Source: Dehalococcoidia bacterium
GTDB taxonomy: Bacteria > Chloroflexota > Dehalococcoidia > UBA2979
Length of the DNA stretch: 64,000 nucleotides
Reading direction: 5' to 3'
Assembly (NCBI GenBank): GCA_964291495.2
Contig: OZ219867.1
Coordinates: 1 to 64,000, forward strand
The notes under the pieces are model-generated. The model saw only the letters and a list, made by a program, of their open reading frames with translations. It was not told the DNA's origin and made no database searches. Positions 9,112 through 16,675 of the stretch are shown piece by piece. The stretch's first letter is position 1. Each line of letters begins with the position of its first letter. The translations under genes were made by a program, and so were the position numbers.

Positions 9112-10251
9112 ATGATCGAGTGGCTTGGCATTGAGCACCTGTTCGAGCTTTCCCGGACGGAAGCGATTGCGGGGTTCTTCACCCCGCTGGCGATCTTCGC
9201 CGTGTTTCTCGTGGCGCAGATCGTCCTGCCTGCCAGGCGGGTGCCCGGCTACGTCATCAATCCGGCGACGGGTGAACCTCGCAACTATCGCCTCAACGGA
9301 CTGCTGGTCTTTGCGATCGCGCTGATCGTGTGGGCGACCGAGGTCACCGGGATGCCGCGCGACTGGTTCTACCGCTCCTCGGTCTATGCGGTGGCCGGGG
9401 GAACCGTGTTCGCGACGATCTTCACGGTCATCGCGGTCTACACCCAGCCGAAGCGCGAGGAACGAAACTTCATCTTCGAGCTGTGGGACGGGCGAGCCCA
9501 GGAGCTGGCGTTCTTCAACGAGCGAATCGACATAAAGATGTGGTTCTACGTCGTCGGCGGGACGATGTTGTCGCTCAACGCCTTGTCCGGGGCCGTGTAC
9601 CACCACGAGCTGTTCGGCGACAACGCCAACCCGGGCGTGTACCTCTATGCGGCGTTCTTCACGTTCTACATCCTCGACTACTTCATCTTCGAGCGCGTGC
9701 AGCTCTACACCTACGACCTGATCCACGAGAATCTCGGCTTCAAGCTCTTCTGGGGCGGCCTCATCGTCTACGGGTGGCTGTTCATCCTCCCGCTGTGGGG
9801 CATGGCCGCCCATCCTGACCCCGGATTCTCGACGGCATGGACGTACGTGTGGCTGATCGGGACGGCGGCGCTGTTCCTGCTCGGGTGGGGCATCTCGCGC
9901 GGCGCCAACATGCAGAAGTACACGTTCAAGCGTTGGCCGGAGCGCAAGTTCCTCGGTCTGATCGAGCCCGAGTACATCGAGGCCGGCGACCGCAAGATCC
10001 TGATCAACGGCTTCTGGGGCGTGGCGCGCCACTTCAACTACATGGGCGAGGGGTTCCTCTCCCTGTCCATTGCCCTGGTCTTCGGCCACTTCGCCAATCC
10101 GTGGGCCTGGACCTACTTCGCCTTCATCGTCACGCTGTTCACCTTCCGTCAGCGCTTCGACGACGGGTACTGCGCGGAGAAGTACGGCGCCGAGAAGTGG
10201 GCGGAGTACCAGGCGCGCGTGAAGTACCGGATCTTCCCCGGCGTCTATTGA
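9112..10251 (+). CDS. ERG4/ERG24 family sterol reductase (delta14/delta7/delta24-reductase-like)
   Basis: Multi-pass membrane protein with YRLNGL, YDLIHENLGFKL, GFWGVARHFNYMGE and C-terminal CAEKYG..W..Y..RVKYRIFPGVY. Confidence 0.85.
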   Translation: MIEWLGIEHLFELSRTEAIAGFFTPLAIFAVFLVAQIVLPARRVPGYVINPATGEPRNYRLNGLLVFAIALIVWATEVTGMPRDWFYRSSVYAVAGGTVFATIFTVIAVYTQPKREERNFIFELWDGRAQELAFFNERIDIKMWFYVVGGTMLSLNALSGAVYHHELFGDNANPGVYLYAAFFTFYILDYFIFERVQLYTYDLIHENLGFKLFWGGLIVYGWLFILPLWGMAAHPDPGFSTAWTYVWLIGTAALFLLGWGISRGANMQKYTFKRWPERKFLGLIEPEYIEAGDRKILINGFWGVARHFNYMGEGFLSLSIALVFGHFANPWAWTYFAFIVTLFTFRQRFDDGYCAEKYGAEKWAEYQARVKYRIFPGVY

Positions 10252-10362
10252 GGGCTGCTCGGGAGCCCGGCGCAGGCGAGGGTCACACCGGCTTCGTCGC
10301 CGCCCGATCGAGGGCATCGAGCCTGTCGCGGCAGCCGCCTCGACGCCGGGTTGTGCGGAGTG

Positions 10363-10809
10363 TCAGGCACTGCTCCGGCGAAGCGTGACGTACGTGACAA
10401 CCGTCGACGTGATCAGGCTGAGCAGGCCTCCGATGAGAATGTCGATCGGCACCAGGACCCCGGGCCAGGTGGACATCATCAGGAAGATCGGCACGATGTA
10501 CGTGGCGTAGGCGGCGCAACCGAGGACGAACGCGTTCTTCATCGCCCTGTGGAGGCTGCGCTCCTTGACTGCCGGTTCAATCGCCAGGTAGCTGTTGCCG
10601 AGTGCAATCAGCAACAGGAACGCGAGCAGGGCGAGGGCCTGGCCCCCGCCCCACGTATCCATCTCCCTACCGAAGGTGTCCAGGAGCATGTCGTTGCCGC
10701 TGGCCTCGTAGAGACTGTCGTACATTCCGCGCGCGAGGGGTGACACGTTCCAACCGACGTCGATGACCGTGTAGACCACGAACGCCGCCGCGAATCTCAG
10801 GTACTGCAT
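10363..10809 (-). CDS. Small membrane protein (DUF2177-like)
   Basis: 148 aa with about 4 TM segments; IDVGW, LGCAAYATY and PIDILIGG resemble DUF2177; GGAGG RBS. Confidence 0.6.
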   Translation of the reverse strand: MQYLRFAAAFVVYTVIDVGWNVSPLARGMYDSLYEASGNDMLLDTFGREMDTWGGGQALALLAFLLLIALGNSYLAIEPAVKERSLHRAMKNAFVLGCAAYATYIVPIFLMMSTWPGVLVPIDILIGGLLSLITSTVVTYVTLRRSSA

Positions 10810-10910
10810 CGTCGTCGCACCTCCGTCTGAAGCTGATCCGGCTCCGGCGAACCTTGTACCACCGCCCGTGATCGTCCAGCAAGGACGAGAGCGGACGCGA
10901 ACCGGCGAGG

Positions 10911-11741
10911 TCAGACGGGCGTCTCCGCCGCCCGATCGAACGCGTCGAGCTGCTCACGCAGAGCGGCCTCGACCACGTCACGCCGCTCCGGGTGCGTCAT
11001 CGCGTACAGCTCGTTGTCGCGAATCGCGTGCAGGGCGCGGCGTCCGACCTCGAGGGCGTCGATCACGCGGCCGTCGAGGGCGCCCGGCCGTTCGTACGCC
11101 TCCGGTCCGCCGCGCTCGGCGGGGCGGTTGCGGCCCGCCTGCCACATGCGGGTAGCGACGGCGCCCGGGCAGAGCAAGGTGACCCCGATCCCACTGCCGG
11201 CCAGCTCGTTCCGCAGGTCCCGGGTCATCCCCACGATCGCGAGCTGCGAGGCGCGGTAGGCCGAAATCTCCCAGCCGAGCCCCGCGATCAGACCGGCGAT
11301 GGACGAGGCGGTGACGATGTGCGCCTCGCCGCCCCGCTCGTCGATCCGGTCGAGCATCCGCGGCACGAAGGCGTTGACCACGTGCACGACGCCGAGGACG
11401 TTCACGTCGACAATCCAGCGCCAGTTGTCGAGGCTCGCCGGTCCGAGCCGGGTTGGGCCGACCACGCCGGCGTTGTTGCAGAGCACGTCGACGCTGCCGT
11501 GACGCTCGAAGCAGCGCCCCGCCAGTGCCTCGACGGCGGCCGCGTCGCTCACATCGACGGTCTCGGCGCTCGCCTCGGCGCCCGAGGCGAGGAGCTCCGC
11601 CGCCACCGCCTCCGCGGAGTCTGCCTCGATGTCGGCGACGACGATGCGCATGCCCTCGCCGGCGAGCGCGAGGGCGATCCCGCGGCCGATGCCGCCGCCC
11701 CCGCCGATGATGAGCGCCGTCCGGCCCTCGAGTTCCCGCAC
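10911..11741 (-). CDS. Short-chain dehydrogenase/reductase (paralog 3; YxxxK changed to YRASQ)
   Basis: GTG start overlaps the upstream TAG (TAGTG); GGGGGIG and NNAG present; catalytic Lys replaced by Gln. Confidence 0.88.
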   Translation of the reverse strand: MRELEGRTALIIGGGGGIGRGIALALAGEGMRIVVADIEADSAEAVAAELLASGAEASAETVDVSDAAAVEALAGRCFERHGSVDVLCNNAGVVGPTRLGPASLDNWRWIVDVNVLGVVHVVNAFVPRMLDRIDERGGEAHIVTASSIAGLIAGLGWEISAYRASQLAIVGMTRDLRNELAGSGIGVTLLCPGAVATRMWQAGRNRPAERGGPEAYERPGALDGRVIDALEVGRRALHAIRDNELYAMTHPERRDVVEAALREQLDAFDRAAETPV

Positions 11742-12577
11742 TAGACGGGCGTCTCGGCCGCGCGGTCGAACGCGCCGAGCAACTCCTGGGCGCCGGCTTC
11801 CACCTGGAACTTCCGCTCCGGGTGGGTGATCGCGTAGAGCTCGTTCTCGCGTATCGCGTGCAGCACGCGGCGTCCGACCTCGAGCGGGCCGATCACGCGC
11901 TCGCCCTCGAGGCGGCTCGGCCGCTCCCAGGTCTCCGGTCCGCCGTGCTCGGCCGGACGGTTGCGCCCGGCCTGCCAGATGCGCGTCTCGACGCCGCCGG
12001 GGCAGAGTACGGAGACGCCGATGCCGCTCCCCGCCAGTTCGCCGCGCAGGTCGCGGCTCATCGCCACGATCGCGAACTTCGAGGCGCGATAGGCGGTGAT
12101 CTCCCAGCCGTCGCCCGCGATTAGGCCGCCACCCAGCGACGAGGTGTTGACGATGTGCGCCTCGCCGCCGCTCTCGCCCACGCGGGCGCGCATCCGCGGC
12201 ACGAAGGTGTTGATCGCGTGCACGACGCCAAAGAGGTTGACGTCGAGGATCCAACGCCAGCTATCGAGGCTGTCCGGCCCGATCGGCGTCTGCCCGACCA
12301 CGCCGGCGTTGTTGCAGAGCACGTCCACGCCGCCGTAGCGCTCGTCGCAGCGGTCGGCAAGCGCCTCGACGGCCGCGACGTCGCTCACGTCGACAACCTC
12401 GGCGATCGCCTCGGCGCCCGAGGCGGCGAGTTCGGCCGCCACCGCCTCGGCGGCGTCGCGCTCGATGTCGGCGACCACCACGCGCATGCCCTCGCCGGCC
12501 AGCGCGATCGCGATCCCGCGGCCGATGCCGCTGCCGCCGCCGCTGACGAGGGCGACACGCCCGTCCAGATCACGCAT
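11741..12577 (-). CDS. Short-chain dehydrogenase/reductase (paralog 4)
   Basis: SGGGSGIG, NNAG, YRASK; GGAGG RBS. Confidence 0.92.
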   Translation of the reverse strand: MRDLDGRVALVSGGGSGIGRGIAIALAGEGMRVVVADIERDAAEAVAAELAASGAEAIAEVVDVSDVAAVEALADRCDERYGGVDVLCNNAGVVGQTPIGPDSLDSWRWILDVNLFGVVHAINTFVPRMRARVGESGGEAHIVNTSSLGGGLIAGDGWEITAYRASKFAIVAMSRDLRGELAGSGIGVSVLCPGGVETRIWQAGRNRPAEHGGPETWERPSRLEGERVIGPLEVGRRVLHAIRENELYAITHPERKFQVEAGAQELLGAFDRAAETPV

Positions 12578-12605
12578 CGTGTACCTCCGCGCTCCGCGGC
12601 CGTGC

Positions 12606-12619
12606 AGGCACTATACGGG
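12606..12619 (-). promoter_or_regulatory. Duplicated promoter element with -10 box TATAGT upstream of SDR pair 3/4
   Basis: 14-bp identity with 9032-9045. Confidence 0.6.
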
Positions 12620-12642
12620 GGCGCCGGAGGAGGGCGTCGAGG

Positions 12643-14958
12643 CTACGTCGCGGCGTCCGCCCGAACCGCGCGCGCGGCCTCGACCATGTGCTGAAGGGCG
12701 GGGACGACCTCCTCGTAGCGGCGGGTCTTGAGGCCGCAGTCGGGGTTTACCCAGAGCAGGTCGGGGTCGAGCACCGTCGCGGCGTCGCGCAGGCTGCTCA
12801 CCATCTCCTCGGTCGGCGGCACGCGCGGCGAGTGGATGTCGTAGACGCCGAGCCCTACCTCCTTGTCGTAGCCGTGGTCGCGGAAGGCGTCGAGGCCCTC
12901 GGCGTCGGAGCGGGCGTTGAAGAGCAGCATCACGTCGGCCTCCATGTCGGAGACCGCGTCGAGCACGTCGCCCAGCGGCACGTAGCACATGTGCGACTGG
13001 ATCTGCGTCGAGTCGGCCGCCCCTGCCGTGGCGAGCCGGAAGCAGGGCACGGACCAGCCGAGGTAGGTGGGCCAGTCCGCGCGGCGCAGCGGGACGCCCT
13101 CGCGCAGCGCCGGCTCGTCGACCTGGATCACGGCGATACCGGCCGCCTCGAGGTCGGCGACCTCCTCGCGGATCGCGAGGGCGATCTGGCGGCAGGTCTC
13201 GCTGCGTGGCTGGTCGTCGCGCACGAAGGACCAGTTGAGGATCGTGACCGGCCCCGTGAGCATGCCCTTCACCGGGCGGTCGGTGACCGACTGCGCGTAC
13301 GAGGACCAGCGCACGGTCATCGGGCCCGGCCGCGCCACGTCGCCGTAGATGATCGGCGGCTTCACGTTGCGCGATCCGTAAGACTGCACCCAGCCGAAGC
13401 GCGTGAAGGCGAACCCGGCGAGCTGCTCGCCGAAGTACTCGACCATGTCGTTGCGCTCCGACTCCCCGTGCACCAGCAGGTCCAGCCCGGTCTCCTCCTG
13501 GAGCCGGATCACGCTCGCGATCTCGGCCTCGAGGAAGGTCTCGTACTCCGCCTCGTCGATCTCGCCGCTGTTGCGGCGACGGCGGGCGCGGCGGATCTCC
13601 GGCGTCTGCGGGAACGAGCCGATCGTCGTCGTCGGGAACTCCGGGAGCCGCAGCCGCGCGCGCTGGGCGGCCCGGCGCTCCTCGACGCTGCCGTCGCGGC
13701 TGTAGTCGGCCTCCGAGGTGGCCGCGACGCGCTCGCGCACGGCGGGGTCGTGCGTGCGCGGCGAGTTGCGGCGCGATTCGAGGGCGGCGCGGTTGGCAGC
13801 CTGCTCGTCGGGCGCCGCGTTCGGGTCCTCGAAGGCGCGGGCAAGCGTGGCGACCTCGTCGACCTTCTGGTTCGCGAAGGCGAGCCAGGAGCGCAGCTCG
13901 GGATCGAGCTGCGTCTCCAGGTCGAGCTCGATCGGGACGTGCAGCAGCGAGCAGGAGGTGCCCGCGATCACGCGGTCGTCGCCGACGGCCGCGCCCACCT
14001 CGCGCAGCGTCGCGAGCGAGGCGTCGAGGTCGTTGATCCAGACGTTGCGCCCGTCGACGACGCCGGCGACGACGTGCTTGCCGCCGGGCAGCCCGTGCCG
14101 CTGCAGCAGCGCCAGGTTGCGCCCGCCGCGCACGAGGTCGAGTCCGATCGCCTCGACGGGCAGCCCGACGAGCGCGCCGAACGACTCGTCGACATCGCCG
14201 AAGTAGGTCTGCACCAGCAGCTTCGTCCCGCCCGCGACGTCGGCGAGGCGGTCGTACGCCGTCGCGAGGGCGGCGAGGTCCTCGGGCGTGCGGTCCTGCA
14301 CCAGCACGGGCTCGTCAAGCTGGATCCACTGCGCGCCGGCCTCGTGCAGCAGCGCGACGACCTGCTCGTAGACGTCGAGCAGCCCGTCGAGCAGGGAGAG
14401 CCGGTCGAAGCCGGGGTCCTGGTGGCCGTCGGCGCCGACGCCCTTGCCGAGCAGCAGCAGCGAGAGCGGGCCGAGCAGCACCGGCACCGTCTCGATGCCC
14501 GCCTCGCGCGCCTCGAGGTACTCGTCGAGCGGCTTGCGCGAGGCAAGGCGGAAGCGGGTGTGCGCGCCGAGCTCGGGGACGATGTAGTGGTAGTTCGTGT
14601 CGAACCACTTGATCATCTCCATCGCCGTCACGTCGAGGCCCTCGCGCTGCGCGCCGCGCGCCATCGCGAAGTACGTCTCGGCGTCCACCTCGCCCTCGCC
14701 GCTGTCCTCGTAGCGGGGCGGGACGGCGCCGACCATCGCGATCGCGTCGAGCACGTGGTCGTAGTGCGAGAAGGTGTTGGAGGGGATGAGGTCGATGCCC
14801 GCCTCGCGCATGCGCCGCCAGCCCTCGAGGCGCAGCGCGCGCCCGGTCTCGTCGAGGGCGTCGAGCTCGACGCGGCCGTCCCAATAGCCCTCGACGGCGC
14901 GCTTCAGCTCGCGCCGGGGCCCGATGCGCGGGTAGCCGGTGATGGCGGACAGGGTCAT
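12643..14958 (-). CDS. metE: Cobalamin-independent methionine synthase
   Basis: GYPRIG..RELK, KWFDTNYHY, PTTTIGSFPQ, GESERNDMVEYF, HMC and WVNPDCGLKTR motifs; GGAGG RBS before ATG 14958. Confidence 0.95.
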   Translation of the reverse strand: MTLSAITGYPRIGPRRELKRAVEGYWDGRVELDALDETGRALRLEGWRRMREAGIDLIPSNTFSHYDHVLDAIAMVGAVPPRYEDSGEGEVDAETYFAMARGAQREGLDVTAMEMIKWFDTNYHYIVPELGAHTRFRLASRKPLDEYLEAREAGIETVPVLLGPLSLLLLGKGVGADGHQDPGFDRLSLLDGLLDVYEQVVALLHEAGAQWIQLDEPVLVQDRTPEDLAALATAYDRLADVAGGTKLLVQTYFGDVDESFGALVGLPVEAIGLDLVRGGRNLALLQRHGLPGGKHVVAGVVDGRNVWINDLDASLATLREVGAAVGDDRVIAGTSCSLLHVPIELDLETQLDPELRSWLAFANQKVDEVATLARAFEDPNAAPDEQAANRAALESRRNSPRTHDPAVRERVAATSEADYSRDGSVEERRAAQRARLRLPEFPTTTIGSFPQTPEIRRARRRRNSGEIDEAEYETFLEAEIASVIRLQEETGLDLLVHGESERNDMVEYFGEQLAGFAFTRFGWVQSYGSRNVKPPIIYGDVARPGPMTVRWSSYAQSVTDRPVKGMLTGPVTILNWSFVRDDQPRSETCRQIALAIREEVADLEAAGIAVIQVDEPALREGVPLRRADWPTYLGWSVPCFRLATAGAADSTQIQSHMCYVPLGDVLDAVSDMEADVMLLFNARSDAEGLDAFRDHGYDKEVGLGVYDIHSPRVPPTEEMVSSLRDAATVLDPDLLWVNPDCGLKTRRYEEVVPALQHMVEAARAVRADAAT

Positions 14959-14992
14959 GCGAGGCCTCCGGCCGTCGGAGTAGATCGAGCGG

Positions 14993-15298
14993 TCAGCCGG
15001 ATCGTACCGGCCCGCCGTCGGACAGGCCATCCGCGCGCACTGAATCCGCCGCGGCGAGGCGCAATTCGGCGAAGGCGAGCCATGCCTCGCCGCCGTCGGG
15101 AGGCGGCGCGAGCCGCACCCCGGCAAGCGTCACGGCCCGCCCTGCCTCCGCGAACGTGTAGCCCTCGAGGCGTCGCAGCGCCTCGGGCGGCCCCTTGAGC
15201 AGGGCGCGGCCGGCGCCGTCGTCGTCGCGCGTCTGCTGCTGCACCCGCACCAGGACGCGCTCGCCTTGCACGCGGACCGGGACCACTCGGTCGATCAT
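14993..15298 (-). CDS. Hypothetical protein
   Basis: 101-aa ORF filling the gap; TACGCT -10-like box 6 nt upstream of ATG (leaderless type). Confidence 0.5.
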   Translation of the reverse strand: MIDRVVPVRVQGERVLVRVQQQTRDDDGAGRALLKGPPEALRRLEGYTFAEAGRAVTLAGVRLAPPPDGGEAWLAFAELRLAAADSVRADGLSDGGPVRSG

Positions 15299-15354
15299 GC
15301 GGGCAGCGTAGCCCAGACTCGCGGTTGCCGGTGACCGGCTGGGAAGCAGCGCCG

Positions 15355-15912
15355 ATGCCCTTCTTCGCCTCCGCCCGCGAGCGTCGCCTCTGGCTCTGGA
15401 CGCTGGTCGTCGTCGTCACGATCTACGCGACGCTCGGCCTCACGGGCGCGCTGGCCGAGGAGCTGCGCGACCGCGGGCTCTCGACCGCCGGTTTCGTTCT
15501 CGCGATGCTGCTGGTCGGCGTGACGGTGCTGACGCAGGGCCTGCGGACGCGCCCGCGCGGCCTCGAGATCGCCGTCGCGATCGGCGTCGCGGTCGTCTAC
15601 CTGATGGTGCTCGTGCGCATGGCGCTCGAGGAGCGCACGCACCTCATCGAGTACGGCGTGGTGGCCGTGCTCATCCTCGAGGCGCTCACGGAGCGCGCCG
15701 GCCACGGCCGCCGCGTCCCGCTCCCCGCCGTCCTCGCCATCCTCGCCACGGCGCTCATCGGCGCCCTCGACGAGTGCATCCAGGCCTTCCTCCCCACCCG
15801 CGTCTTCGACGTGCAGGACATCGTCTTCAACACCCTCGCCGCCCTCATGGCAGTCGCGACGAGCCTCCTGCTGGGGTGGGCGCGGCGGTGGGGGAGGGGT
15901 GCAGGCGACTAG
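15355..15912 (+). CDS. VanZ-like membrane protein
   Basis: HLIEYG and GALDECIQAFLPTRVFDVQDIVFN, typical VanZ signatures. Confidence 0.8.
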   Translation: MPFFASARERRLWLWTLVVVVTIYATLGLTGALAEELRDRGLSTAGFVLAMLLVGVTVLTQGLRTRPRGLEIAVAIGVAVVYLMVLVRMALEERTHLIEYGVVAVLILEALTERAGHGRRVPLPAVLAILATALIGALDECIQAFLPTRVFDVQDIVFNTLAALMAVATSLLLGWARRWGRGAGD

Positions 15913-15924
15913 CGCGACGAGCCG

Positions 15925-16047
15925 TTACTTCCGCCGCTTCACCGTCTCCTTGACTGTCGTGCCCGGGCGGCGCGTGGCCTCCCTCTTCGGCACGAACCTG
16001 CCCGTGCGCGCATCGCGAACCCGTGTTGACTTCGAAGACTTTGGCAT
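15925..16047 (-). CDS. Small basic 40-aa protein (RDAxTGRFV...RRPxTTVxE type), missed by the ORF track
   Basis: ATG at 16047 to TAA at 15925 reads MPKSSKSTRVRDARTGRFVPKREATRRPGTTVKETVKRRK; AGGGGG RBS upstream. Confidence 0.7.
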   Translation of the reverse strand: MPKSSKSTRVRDARTGRFVPKREATRRPGTTVKETVKRRK

Positions 16048-16150
16048 CAGGATCCCCCTGCCTCGCGAACACTCGTTGGTAGCCCGGCAGGGCGTGCGGG
16101 TCGCTGCGCTGCCGGGCAGTGGTGCTGATCACATGACTGCCGACCTCTCA

Positions 16151-16492
16151 CTAGGTTGACCTAGCCTCCGCGTGACCGGTGAATTCGAGGAGGAGCCTGA
16201 CTTGGTCCTGCGAGAGGTTCCTGTGCGCGACACGGTTCTTGGACTTCAGGAACCACCTGATCTCACTTGGCAGGTACTGCTCGAGACGACGCTTAACCTG
16301 GTGATGATTCTGGTAGGTGCTGATCTCCCAGATGACGAACAGGCTGTGTTCTACCCGGCTCTCGACGGTTCCCCACAAGCTCCGTGCAGCGGCCCGGAGG
16401 GCGACGTTCAGAAGCCCGAGTTCGAGAGAGAGTTGCTGGTTCTCCGCCAAGAAGACGAATAGCGTGTGGTCTCGGATCGTTGTGCGGCTCAT
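16151..16492 (-). CDS. Hypothetical protein, possible ferredoxin-like (Cas2/VapD-like) fold
   Basis: 113-aa ORF in a lower-GC patch; pattern LFVFL...WEISTY....VKRRLEQYL....WFL. Confidence 0.5.
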   Translation of the reverse strand: MSRTTIRDHTLFVFLAENQQLSLELGLLNVALRAAARSLWGTVESRVEHSLFVIWEISTYQNHHQVKRRLEQYLPSEIRWFLKSKNRVAHRNLSQDQVRLLLEFTGHAEARST

Positions 16493-16600
16493 CGTGCAGC
16501 CCCGTTGTTGGCACCTCACCGATAAAGTGGTGGAGGGTGACGAGACTGTTGCGATCCACGCCGTCTAGCATGCACGCGAAGGCGCTCGTCGCCTTCCGGA

Positions 16601-16643
16601 TGGGCCCGCCCGCCAGTCTTTGATCAGGCAGCGGGCGGGCCCA
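16601..16643. terminator. 13-bp stem-loop just downstream of nrdJ
   Basis: TGGGCCCGCCCGC / GCGGGCGGGCCCA inverted repeat; no clear U-tract on the minus strand. Confidence 0.45.
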
Positions 16644-16675
16644 GTCTCTTCTTCGCTAGTTCATCTTGGTAACCC

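Noticed and set aside
10911-12254. 447-aa fused SDR ORF from the ORF track
   Set aside because: The N-terminal part is an off-frame reading of paralog 4; the real gene starts at GTG 11741
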